Below, one piece after another: positions 1 through 10,823 of a DNA stretch of 20,000 nucleotides. The translations under genes and the position numbers were made by a program. The DNA comes from Rozella allomycis CSF55 (lineage: Eukaryota), in contig KE561096.1 in the NCBI GenBank assembly GCA_000442015.1, positions 45,233-65,232 of the forward strand, read 5' to 3'. The notes under the pieces were generated by a model. It was not told the origin of the DNA, did no database searches, and saw nothing but the letters and a program-made list of their open reading frames with translations. The stretch's first letter is position 1; the number at the start of each line of letters is the position of its first letter.

Positions 1-1263
1 TTTAACACAAAATTTACAAAATATTTGCAAGTAAATCTATTCAAATCTATTAAAAAAGATGGTTCATCAATCTTTAAATTTATTAATCAAAAATCAATTA
101 AAAGAAATTGATGAAAGTTTAACAAGGGTTGACACCAATCTATTTACAAGGGTTGACACCAATCTATTTACAAGGGTTGATAATAAAGATCTAATCTACA
201 AATCAAACAAAAATGTAAACATTTCATCTTTCAGTAAAAGTATTTAGATTCAATTATGCTCTTAAATGAAATTTATTCAAAATATCACGAATTTTACAAT
301 CTATTCCCTAAAGATCAATCTACACAAAATTCAATTTTTTTTTCTTTAAAGTTTTCAAATTTTAAAGAAATCAATCCCAGAAAATTTCCAATCTATTTAA
401 TCATTGAAACTGAAGGAGGGAAAGCAAAGAAAGAGTTAGAGAAAGAGAAAGAGAAATGTATTCCAAGTGAAAGTATTTATAGAACACACTGCTTAAATAA
501 TTCTTTAGATGAATTTAGTTTAATTGTTGATAAATCTCATTGTCAATCGTTAACTTTAAAACTCGTAGAAAAATGGAATTCAAAACCAATCGAAATTGGA
601 AAACTCTTTTTAAATGAATTAAAACAAGGGAATTCAACTTTAACATTCAAAAATCATCTTTCTTTCAATCTAAATGTTACACAACCACCTCTAATAAATC
701 AATTGCAAGTTTTATCAAATTCTTTTCTTCACTCCCTAAATTCTAAAATTCTAGATCTATTCGATTCAATAGATTACAAGGTTTGTTCATAACATTGAAA
801 TAATCTAGATCTCTGTTCCCATTTCATGGCTCATTGAAAAAAGTTTGGAAAATTCTCCCTTGATGGCAATCAAATCTCTGTAATTCAATTCTATCCCTAA
901 CAAAGAATCAAAGGCAAAGAAAAAGCCAAAGGAAATGAAAGAGAAAGAGTTGTACATGACGATCGATTCGATTCACTGCTTTTATACTTGGACGCTCTCC
1001 TCACTGAATGGCGCTTCATCTTGTCACCTTCATTATTCAACAATTCACTCAAACGCCTGTGGTCACTTGTCTTGTCGTGCATTGAGCTGCATTGCACATC
1101 TACAAGCAAATTCAAATCTAAATCTGCAAACAATATTTCAAATCTACTCTCCTATCTCGTTCAATTCTTCAATGCTGGTGATGAAGGACTTTCACTCGAT
1201 TATCTCTATTCTTCTCAGTATGAGCAAATAGTTGGCATCATTTCAATTTCTGACGTTAAATAA
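1..1263 (+). CDS. 3' portion of a Munc13-like protein (divergent C2-like domain followed by MHD2), fungal Git1/YOR296W-type architecture; 5' end lies outside the window
   Basis: Exons <1-30, 59-214, 241-780, 809-879, 906-1263 join in frame across GT-AG introns 31-58, 215-240, 781-808, 880-905. The last exon, LLLYLDALLTEWRFILSPSLFNNSLKRLWSLVLSCIE...LVQFFNAGDEGLSLDYLYSSQYEQI, follows the recalled MHD2 pattern (YLD..L...L..LW..VL...FFHA.G.GL.L..L). The middle exon has a beta-rich, C2-like pattern. Family call is from motif memory. Confidence 0.65.
122..180 (+). repeat. In-frame 24-bp tandem repeat, about 2.5 copies, encoding TRVDTNLF
   Basis: ACAAGGGTTGACACCAATCTATTT at 122-145 and 146-169, plus a partial copy at 170-180. 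Confidence 0.95.
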
Positions 1264-1393
1264 ACCAGAAATTGAAATTAATTGAAATTGATATTAGATT
1301 GAGAAATTGATTAAATTGAAATTATTAATCTTTATCTTTCGACTTTAATAGCTTTATTAATTTCATGCATGTCAATCTTGTACAATTGCTTTG

Positions 1394-3085
1394 ATGCCTC
1401 ATATCCCCCTAATAATGCTCATCATCTGGTATCTCCTTTCACTCACCCTAGCATACAAATACATCACCTACGATCCAGCCTCCGACTCATACCTTCTCAC
1501 GCCATTCCACTGGGGCCGCCTGAAATTCAGATACCCAATGCCGCTCTGTCCCAACATGCGCATCCTCTATCCATTCACGCACACAACACACACAGTATCC
1601 AGCACCGGCATTACAATCCCATTCATCACAGGAAACGTCCACTATCCAGCCACCGATCCATGCTTCAAACTCGTTTGCGATTTCGCTGATTCTCAATCTA
1701 TAATGATCCGCATCATCTTTAAAAAAACAACGCAGCTGGGAACGCCAGAGTTTCCAATCTTTGTCAGGGAAGGTAATTCACGCAATTTCACGCTGGTGTC
1801 GGATGGAATGCTGTGTGGTGATAATGAAATGCTGTTTCATGTTAAGACTAGAAGCGATGTGGTTGCTGTTTATGATTGGAGTAAGTCTTCTTATGTGCAT
1901 TTAAACAAAACTGGATGCAATTCGAATTTTATATTTTATTCTGTTGGCAGGGATTCGGAAGTTTTTGATGGAGTCAAGGGAATAGATCGTCGTGGAATAG
2001 AACATCGGGATGTGGGAGAAAGGAAATCAAGCAAGAATAATTTAAAAAAGAGAATTAAAGAAGAAAAATTGCCTGTACGTGAAGAAGTGAGTGAAAGCAA
2101 GTCAGATTGGAAGGCCGATAATTTTATCAATGTGAAAGATTCTCTTGAAAATATCCGTTTCAAAGATACATCAAATCAAGTTCATTTTCAAGATTCATTA
2201 AAAAATGCTGATTTAAAACATCCACATTCATTTGATGTGAAACAATCTTCAGAAGAGTTTGATATTCGATCGGTACTTGCTTCAGAAACTAATTCAAGAG
2301 ACAACAAAATCTTTGAGTGGCCGCCCACAACAAACAAAATTGTAATAAAACCAACAACAGAACATGAAATGGACAATGAGAGCGAAATATTGCATAAAGG
2401 TCAAAACTTTAGAACGTCACTGTGGAAAGGCGAGAGTATCAAGGAGATTGAAGATCACGAAACTACTGAAATTGCCGTGGATGATCATGGAGACGATGGA
2501 TTTGACTGGCCTCCCGTTAATGATACCATGTCAAGGAAATTGAAATCCAAGGCCGTTAAAGTATCTGAAGAAATTCATGTGATTAGTTTAAATGTTTCCG
2601 CCTCTGACTCACCAATTTTTCCTATTGATTGGCCTCCAGAGTTGATTAAAGAAGAAGAAATTAGTGATGTTGTGGAAAATGAAAAACATAGTCACGAGTT
2701 CCATGAAAATGACGGCCATGATAATCAGGGACAACAAGTAGTCTCCGAAACACTTTCTAGAGATACTCCTACATCAACAGATAAAAGCTCTTTCAGAGAA
2801 AAAGTATCAGACTCTGTAATAAACACCATTGGGGTTGAAGCACACAATCTACGAAACAAGAGCAAAATGAGCGATTCCTTATCTGCACCAAAGATTGTTG
2901 ACAGCCAAAGTAATGATTGGGCCATTATTGTTTGCGCCTTGTTTCTCCTGATATTGTTTACCCTCACACTTTCAAGTATTCGCTATTTCAAAAGGGGAAA
3001 AGCTAATTTGACTCCAAAGCAATCCTTTGTAATTATGAACAATGAAACCGATGAAAGCCCTGTTTTGTACCAAATACAAGAATAA
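1394..3085 (+). CDS. Orphan type-I membrane/surface protein (signal peptide, beta-rich N-domain, acidic low-complexity stalk, one TM, short tail)
   Basis: Intronless ~563-aa ORF from ATG 1394. Hydrophobic N-terminus LIMLIIWYLLSLTLA; TM segment WAIIVCALFLLILFTLTLSSI followed by basic RYFKRGK; ends PVLYQIQE; AATAAA just after the stop. Confidence 0.8.
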   Translation: MPHIPLIMLIIWYLLSLTLAYKYITYDPASDSYLLTPFHWGRLKFRYPMPLCPNMRILYPFTHTTHTVSSTGITIPFITGNVHYPATDPCFKLVCDFADSQSIMIRIIFKKTTQLGTPEFPIFVREGNSRNFTLVSDGMLCGDNEMLFHVKTRSDVVAVYDWSKSSYVHLNKTGCNSNFIFYSVGRDSEVFDGVKGIDRRGIEHRDVGERKSSKNNLKKRIKEEKLPVREEVSESKSDWKADNFINVKDSLENIRFKDTSNQVHFQDSLKNADLKHPHSFDVKQSSEEFDIRSVLASETNSRDNKIFEWPPTTNKIVIKPTTEHEMDNESEILHKGQNFRTSLWKGESIKEIEDHETTEIAVDDHGDDGFDWPPVNDTMSRKLKSKAVKVSEEIHVISLNVSASDSPIFPIDWPPELIKEEEISDVVENEKHSHEFHENDGHDNQGQQVVSETLSRDTPTSTDKSSFREKVSDSVINTIGVEAHNLRNKSKMSDSLSAPKIVDSQSNDWAIIVCALFLLILFTLTLSSIRYFKRGKANLTPKQSFVIMNNETDESPVLYQIQE

Positions 3086-3172
3086 GAATAAAAGTACTAT
3101 TTATTTATTTTTTTCGAAATTAAATTGGCGGAGTTTGACGGAGTTTCAGGCAATTACAAAAGGACACATCCC

Positions 3173-4294
3173 ATGCTATATGCATACATGTCTGTTTACA
3201 ATACCCTACTATTAATCTTGCATTTCAGTATCATAGCCTTTGCAAACAACATTTCCCCATTCTTCCATGCAGTCACTGATGAAAGAGGCGGGATTTTAGA
3301 GTATTCATTGAAAATCACCCCAAAGCGTACCAACCCATTTCCAATATATCCGAATCTGCTAATACGATTACCAATTCATCATCTGGTTTCAAATAAGAAA
3401 AAAGAAATTCGCATACAGTCTGGATCAGGTTTCGTGAGACTTGGAAACAGAGTTTTTGTTGTAAATCCAAATCCACCTTTTTCTTTCAAATGTCAAAAGT
3501 TTTCAAAACACGATGATAATTTATTTGTTGAATTGGATGTGCTGATTGTCAATGCACACATAGACACACCCTTCCCTTTGTTTGTGCACGCTTCATCAAA
3601 AACATTTGTGGCGATAGTTGAAAGATCAAAGTTAAATTTAAAGGTGCAAAGTAATACGTTTTATGTGTTCGATTGGTCTAACAGATACAAATATACAATT
3701 GATTTAGAGCGACTTTGTTCCACAAAAATGAACAAGCTAGATAATGAAACAGATAAAATTGATGTCTCGGATCATAAAAATGAAAACACTGCATTGATAC
3801 CAGAGCTTGTAATCTCCTCTCCATCAAATTCCACGAATGACATTTTGGATCTCATTAACACTACCACAAACGGAAATTTAAGTGGGGTTATAATTACTGC
3901 ACCAGAAGCAATTAACGAAGCGACAAAACTTAGTGGTATTAATATTCAAGAGAAAATTAACAGCTTGCCGCCATTAAATCTTGCAGAAAAGAAAAACGAA
4001 AAGCCTCAAAAGCCAAAACCTCAACAAGAAAAGCCCGCGGACTTACCTAACATCTCAAAATCCACGGGTAAAGTGCAAAATACATCTTCTAATCTGGGTT
4101 TGGACCCCAAACAAAACATCGGATTTATTTTGGTTTCAATTTTAGCAATAACGTCAATTTTAGGCGCATGTCTTGCACTTTTATTTAAGTACAACAAGAA
4201 TGAAGGCATTAAACTACGAAGATGGACAAAAAGAAACAGACTGCCTGAATCGATGGACACATCACAAGCTGTGTTGTACCAAGAAAATGAATAA
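3173..4294 (+). CDS. Orphan type-I membrane/surface protein, distant paralog of the 1394-3085 gene
   Basis: Intronless ORF; first ATG at 3173 (3188 is an alternative). Signal peptide LLLILHFSIIAFA; TM segment IGFILVSILAITSILGACLALLF followed by KYNK; ends AVLYQENE; N-domain motifs shared with the upstream gene. Confidence 0.8.
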   Translation: MLYAYMSVYNTLLLILHFSIIAFANNISPFFHAVTDERGGILEYSLKITPKRTNPFPIYPNLLIRLPIHHLVSNKKKEIRIQSGSGFVRLGNRVFVVNPNPPFSFKCQKFSKHDDNLFVELDVLIVNAHIDTPFPLFVHASSKTFVAIVERSKLNLKVQSNTFYVFDWSNRYKYTIDLERLCSTKMNKLDNETDKIDVSDHKNENTALIPELVISSPSNSTNDILDLINTTTNGNLSGVIITAPEAINEATKLSGINIQEKINSLPPLNLAEKKNEKPQKPKPQQEKPADLPNISKSTGKVQNTSSNLGLDPKQNIGFILVSILAITSILGACLALLFKYNKNEGIKLRRWTKRNRLPESMDTSQAVLYQENE

Positions 4295-4312
4295 AACTAT
4301 ATTTATTACTTA

Positions 4313-5886
4313 TTATAATGTTCTGTATTGTAAAGATGGAAATATTTTAGCAAGAGCATCTGATTTTTCTAAATATGCAGATTTAACGGAATGATCCAAA
4401 CTCTGCAATAAATTTTTGCATTCATTGATTGGCATATCATAAACCCAAGTCATTTTAAAGTCTTTGTACAATAAAGGAGCACAACCAAAACGTTTCATGA
4501 ATTCATAACTTCTACGGGCTTTAATCTTTGTAAATTGAGTGTTTGGAAGCACGCTTTTGAAAGCATCAGGGGCGCTGTTGTAAAGGCCATTCTCTGAGAA
4601 GAATTTGTTCTTGTGTAACTTTGCTAATATAATAATATGGCAAAGAGCATCACTTTGTTAAAGTTTGAATAATAAAATACTTTTTCAGGGCGTCAATGTA
4701 AATAGAGGCCAGTTCGGAAGAAGATTCTGTAATTTTCGAAAGTATCGGTGCATATTCATCGATATTAAACGATTCATTCAGATGATCGTAAAACCAACCT
4801 TTTATTTTGTCCATTTTATTAGAGTTGGAACTTTCATGAAAATGATCTTTATTTCCTACCTTGAAGCAGAAAGTTGCACAGATTTTTCAATCACTTCAGG
4901 GACTGGAACAACTTTAGGTTGGCTAGAAGAAACACTGACTTTCCTTAAAACTTCGTTTTCATTGTTAACTATAAAGACTTCTGTATTAGACGTGATCTTT
5001 ATTTTAATCAAATTGTTTTCATCGCGCACAATAACAAATGTTTCTTCGCTTTCGTTGAGGCTGTAATTATTTAAAAGAAAAAACATTACGCTTCAGTTTC
5101 AGCAGTAGATACCCTGGTCTTTTTCCTAACCGCTTCAGCTTTCGTATCAAGACTTTCTCTACTTCTTTTATTTAAGAGCTTTTGGTTATCATCTTCAGGC
5201 GAATCGGGAAGCAATTTATCTTCGACTTCATCTTCAAGACCCGCGTTTTCTTCTTCCAGGGATGATTTACTTTCAGTAGCCGGGGAAAGTTTCTTCTCTT
5301 CAATCTCTGAATCCACTAAATTTATAACCTTTGCTTCTATTTTATTGGGTGTGTTGTTTATTAAATTCATCAAATTCACATTCTTGGGACCGTTCATTTG
5401 TGGTGTACTCTCAGTTGGGGGTTTGTAGACAATAGGACTTTCTTTAGTCTTCTCGACATTTGTTTCAACGTAGCTTAGCTTCGAAGGAGTATTCTTGGCA
5501 ACGGTATTTCCATTCGCTCGAGGTGTAACTGGTGTCGGTTTGACTACAGAAGGGTAAACTTCACTAGTCCTTGGCGACTCTGGCTTTTTTGCTTTTGGCA
5601 TCGGTATTATTTTTATTCCTTCCACTTTATCGCCACCAACGTGATTATTCATCTTTTTACACCGAATCCATAACGCAGACGCTATTGTACGAACACTGTC
5701 TAATAATTCTTCGTCTTCTAGATCAATCCACTGGTCATTATTAGCAGAAAAACATATTTTGTCAATATAGTATACTCCCTCTAAATCCAATCTCGTTATT
5801 AAAACTTTCTTCAGTTCTTTGACGATTTTCACATTTGGACTGATGCGAATTTTAATTCTTTTTGCTTCAGGATTATCTTCAAACAT
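4313..5886 (-). CDS. Hypothetical ~495-aa protein with a possible N-terminal ubiquitin-like/beta-grasp domain, a disordered P/S/T/E-rich middle with NLS-like basic clusters, and a helical C-terminal domain
   Basis: Exons 5886-5090, 5060-4860, 4830-4681, 4652-4313 join in frame (1488 nt) across GT-AG introns 5089-5061, 4859-4831, 4680-4653. N-terminus RIKIRISPNVKIVKELKKVL...DLEDEELL resembles a ubiquitin-like fold (inference). KRSR and RKKTR basic clusters. Start codon choice is uncertain. Confidence 0.7.
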
Positions 5887-6015
5887 GATTGTGCATCGTA
5901 TAAAATGCTCCTGTGCGTTTGTTGTCATAAAAACACAAAAGTGGCTAAGTCCTTTAGGCACAAAACTATGTGAGAAATCATGACTACAAGCAAAAGATAA
6001 ACATATACTGTTTAT

Positions 6016-6717
6016 TTAACTGGCGATTTCGGCGCTATCTAAAGAATCTTTTTCAATATTTCTAAGTGGCAGCAGTGCCTTGTCTGATTTTCGGTAGATG
6101 AACTTCAATAGTAACTGTACACTTGCAGATAAGCATCCTACAAAATTTGGGCCATAAACAAATGCGTCTTGAATTGCAATGCCATAAACAGTCCAGAGCA
6201 ACCCATTAACCAAAGAGGCAACCGACAATCCAAAATGAATTGACACTGCTGATTTTTCCTTTACACAATTTGCGAGAGTTGACAATGGAGAAATATAGAA
6301 GAATAAAAGCATGATAATACACATGTAACCCGCCATGGTTTGTGCTGCTGCTACATCTAACAACTGAGGAGCGATAGCAGAGTCAACAAGTAATATCAGA
6401 AATATGCCCAGAACAAGAATCGCATCGTAGTATTTTCTTTGTGGATTGTTTGCCACTCCATGGTGGTAAACATTGACAGTATACCACACACTTAATGTTA
6501 GGCCAGGTACGTTTGGAGTAATAATGTATATGTCTTTCACAAAAATGCCATAGAATATCCATGACAAGCAATTAAGAATCATGGTAATAGCAGCCAATGG
6601 ATTAAAGTCATATTTGGTTGAGTGCACCATAAACGCTTTCATAGGGCTTAGAAATAAAAATATGCTAATACACGCTCCTAGTGCAGGAACTATTTGACCT
6701 AAGAGAAAATCCGCCAT
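6016..6717 (-). CDS. SWEET: SWEET (MtN3/saliva) family sugar transporter
   Basis: Intronless 233-aa ORF with about 7 TM helices and two MtN3 repeats: FLFLSPM...NCLSWIFYG...IYIITPNVPG and FFYISPL...NGLLWTVYG...FVYGPNFVG. Confidence 0.92.
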   Translation of the reverse strand: MADFLLGQIVPALGACISIFLFLSPMKAFMVHSTKYDFNPLAAITMILNCLSWIFYGIFVKDIYIITPNVPGLTLSVWYTVNVYHHGVANNPQRKYYDAILVLGIFLILLVDSAIAPQLLDVAAAQTMAGYMCIIMLLFFYISPLSTLANCVKEKSAVSIHFGLSVASLVNGLLWTVYGIAIQDAFVYGPNFVGCLSASVQLLLKFIYRKSDKALLPLRNIEKDSLDSAEIAS

Positions 6718-7399
6718 GAGACAAAGAAAGCAATTTACGAATTCGAAATTTTTTTGATCTTCAAATAAAGAATACTTAAAATTTACAATTTATTTTTAAT
6801 GTTCAGTTGTTCATGTTAATTAATAATTGATCTCTGTTAATGACTTAATGTTTGAAATCCTACGTATAACGTACCTACGTATTAAATAGATTAATAGAAT
6901 AGAAATAATTGCTGCTTGCTGCCTTCATTGAATATACCTTGAAAAAGTTCGAATCAAATACATGTTCACGAGATCAAATATTGCTCTCCTTGGCCCAAAG
7001 GGGTTTGGCTTCATCTTATCTACTATATCGAGTGGCTTGGTCGGACCATGACATATAGAAAGTATAGGTAATCAGTGAAAGGTTCCAAATATATTCTTAA
7101 AACATTAATAATCCATATTCAAAATAGCGTTTTCAAGATAATTAAAGAGCAGTGATACGAACTCTTTAATTCAGGAATTTTATATGTCTTTTCATTTAAA
7201 AGGTTCTCTTTATATCCTCTAAAGCTGTCAAAGAGAGGGTTCGAACCATGTCATTAGCGGGATTTTACATAATCTGACAATAATTCAATAAGTAAATCAA
7301 AGAACGAATTTGATTAATTTATCAACTAACTCAAAAACGTTTCTTAATCGAATGATGAATCATGGTTATTAGGGCTTCACATAAATTAATAATTTCTAT

Positions 7400-9620
7400 C
7401 ACGTATTACGAAAGTATACCTTTAAGCTAATGAGTAACCTAAGCATCCTCTGGGCAACAAGCGCACATTTAAGTTGCTAATTGGGTTCGTTCCAGTGCAT
7501 CCAATATAAAGATAAATACCTGTCGAATGTCACTGCCGAATGTCAAGTTTGTGATGCACGTTAAAGATCGCAACACATTTTTGCGTGAGTGGTATGACTT
7601 TCGTATCTACGTATGGCCTTTCGTCGAAATAAATTCGTATGTTGCTAACAATAACCGTGCCGCAATACTTTAGAATTTTATGCCTAATTTGTAGGACCAT
7701 TCGTTTATTGGCTACGCCATATAATCGACTACAACCGCGCATTTTTATTGTTATCATTAAATGGTGTTTTAGTCCATATTGTCTGTACTGTACTATAATA
7801 AGGACATTGGCATCACATGAATGTATCTAAATCAATACCTGCACGAATAGCCACAACAACAATCAGATACGAAATATCATTATGTTTATATTTCCTTTAG
7901 ATATGGCGTTGTGCCAATTATTATAAAAGATTATTTAAATATCATGCCTAACGTCGAGACCTTAAAAATATTGGACAAAATTACCGTTGGTTATGTCGAC
8001 GCGGCGTGCCGTCGCCTGTCTCAGCTCATGAAAGCTATAAATAGCGGTTTTGCAATGCGTAGAATTAACTAACGTGTTGTCTCCGGGACCGGACATTGTG
8101 ATGACATTTTGTACCGGATACAAACAGACCCATTCTCCCGTGATTAAAAGTCTTACATGTTTTTTGTTTGAATGACAATGACCCAAACAAGTTGGCAGCC
8201 TGTTTGTATTCACGCGATATAATTTCACATGTTCATACATTTATATGGCAATGTAAGGAAGCGAACGTCGCGCCGGCGACAGCACTTCACAATTTGTTTT
8301 AGTTTCGCCGACTTCGGGCCTCCGCAAACAACTTAAATCCAAATAATAGATACACTCTATGCAGGACATTTGGCACAACCTTTGTCTCCACTTTCTTGTA
8401 TATCCCATATTAACATGGCAATTAATTTTGTATGCTCGAAGTTAACGACATATTTTTCTTAAGCCCGAACATAAGTACTGCTAAAACCATAATTCATGTG
8501 AACCAACTAACATAATTCATATGATGCCAACGAAGGACTTGTTGGCATAGACACACGAACCATTGAAGGCCTCGTATGCATCCATACGACCGCGTGTATA
8601 GCAAAGCAAAACTAAAGGGGTATATGGACTGCCCACGTGTGCACGACTACCATACATGGCCCACAATCTAACAAAAAAACAATGCCAACCACCCACATGA
8701 GTTATGTCAGGGACCGGTCTAGTTATGTATATAAATATGTTGGCCATAGCCGCCCGAGGCTTTATATACGTCTTAAATGCATACAGACTGCAAAAAGCAC
8801 CATATGCATGCCCCGTCATCATTTCGACGACAACGCACGATAACGGTTCGGTATGTAATGTCCTCATGCGGGCGAAAACAAATGGTTATTTGTCGCCGCA
8901 TCTATATGGCGGCGTAAACGCAAGAAATGTTAGAATAATTATGCCGCTTTGAACAACTTTATTCAGTTGTATTCTGGGAACACTATTAGAATGGAAATAG
9001 AATCTTTTTTAAACTACAGTCACCACAAACTTTGCCGGGACATTCCAAACGACATATTTAGTGTTCAATATTACTTGAATGCATGTGTGCTTTTTAATTT
9101 TAATCCTTGCACATAGTCAAGTATTGCCAGTCTCAAGGCTACAATCCGCAGACAAACCTCAATTTCAACGGTCGTGTATCGGTCATTAGTAATGTGTTGG
9201 TTTAATGTACGGCCGAATACAATAAATATTCAATATAGCAATCACTCGTTGGCTCACCAACAGCCCGACATGCGACATGGACATTTGTGAAGCTATGGAA
9301 ACTGATGATATGATGCTTTGATGTTCGGCATAACTTGTTTCCATATTTCATGTATACATTCATTTGTGTTGCGTATATCCATAATATCCACGTGCCAGTG
9401 AAATTTGCGTCCACACATGATGACGCCTTTGAACAATCAATCACGCAGTTTAAGATTTGGAGTCGTTTCCCGTTGCAAGTCAATAACAAAAAGTCTACAC
9501 GCATCTACACATAGTTAATCACTCACAATTGGATTTATAGAACGTATTCTCAAGCATGATTTTGCTGAATTAAAGTCACACTTAAAACTGCGTTCATCGG
9601 CAACTAAGTTTATTAGTTAG
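7400..9620. other. Compositionally atypical non-coding block; boundaries approximate
   Basis: GC- and CpG-richer than other intergenic DNA in the window. No ORF longer than 116 aa in six frames, and the short translations are not protein-like. No 26-30-nt intron pattern rescues a frame in the parts I checked. Confidence 0.6.
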
Positions 9621-9743
9621 TCTTTGTCTCGTTATGCAAATTCTAGTTAGGATTAGATATTTAGTGTTTTTGTATTTAGCCGTAAGCAAAATGGAAATTT
9701 CTTATAAGAAAACGCCGCCTCAGCCCTTGTAATAGGCACCGGC

Positions 9744-10823
9744 ATGAACAGAAATACGGAAATGTTAATCAAGTGTAATGTAGGGAGAACCAAAAATGAA
9801 CAAATTTACAATTTTGAAAATTCGACTCAACAAAAACCAGGATCGAGAAGTGATAAGGAAAGAGTATTTGATAGTGAGGATGAAAACTCTGGACGAAATT
9901 CTACTGAAACGGATCCTTCATGTGATAGTGAATTCGATGATGATAGTTATAGCGGTCGTTCAACGAGTGAAAAGGTAAATGTACCTGCAGTTTACTCTTC
10001 TTTAAATAACGAAAGGCTGTTACCAGATACTCTGTGCCTAGATATACCGGCCGTACCCGTACCCGTGATCAATAGTAATTTACCTGACAAAACTAAGCGC
10101 CGCTTATCTAAAGATGAATTTAATTGTTATGTATACTCTAGAGATGGAAAAAATAAATTTTGTTTCAACAAGCTCCGATATGAAGGTGAAATCTACGGCG
10201 TTGATGATATTGTTTTCCTCCAACCTCCAGAAGGGGAACCTGCATACATTGCGAAAATTAAAAGGATATATGTGAATGATCTTGATCAACTTGAGCCTGA
10301 TGGAAAAGGTTTTCTTGTGTCTTCAAAATCATTGATGATAGAAAACCATTGGTATTTCAGGCCTTCGGATTTACCCAAAGAAATTGATCAAAAGAAATAT
10401 CATGTGAATCAAGTAATAGACTTTAAATTCCTATTATAGTTTGAAATATTTGAAAACTTGGAAGTTTCGAGTAACTCAGTGGAATGTATTATTTGCCGCG
10501 CTAATGTTTGGTCCCTTGATAAATTTTGTAGATACCAATCATATTTAGCCAAAAGAAAATATTTTAATGAATTGAGGCAAATTCCACCTTCATTCACGAC
10601 AATCCCTCCTAGAATAGAGAGTTATCACTCAGACGAATTCAACGAAAACAGTCTTAAAATTACCGTAGATCCCGAGTATCTGGATGTTCTGAATGGAGAT
10701 CACGAGAAGATATTCTTCTGTCAGAGAGGATATGATACTAAGAAGCATTTGATAGTGAACTTGGATTCAGTTAGATCCCAATTTGCCAAGCGAAGGCAAT
10801 GGATTTCATTGTTAACTTACTAA
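9744..10823 (+). CDS. BAH-domain chromatin-associated protein
   Basis: Exons 9744-10412 and 10440-10823 joined by phase-0 intron 10413-10439. BAH motifs YGVDDIVFLQPPEGEPAYIAKIKRIY, HWYFRPSDLP, EIFENLEVSSNSVECIICRANV, FFCQRGYD. Acidic disordered N-terminus; start codon uncertain. Confidence 0.85.

Noticed and set aside
122..180. Possible CRISPR-like repeat
   Set aside because: Head-to-tail 24-bp copies without spacers, in frame inside a eukaryotic exon.
7226..7279. tRNA-like look: GGTTCGAACC T-loop motif between TGTCA and TGACA ends
   Set aside because: Only about 54 nt; T-stem does not pair and there are no D or anticodon arms on either strand.
8267..9261. Several short hairpins in the foreign block (8524-8548, 8572-8589, 8894-8914, 9072-9123)
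   Set aside because: Stems of 5-8 bp at roughly the frequency expected by chance in 2 kb; no shared motif or periodicity, so no array or structured RNA is claimed.
7530..9504. Short ORFs of 63-116 aa on both strands, and possible recoded or reversed genes
   Set aside because: Translations look random, overlap on opposite strands, and the frames tested have mixed stop types; spot checks of reversed and complemented text gave no long frame.
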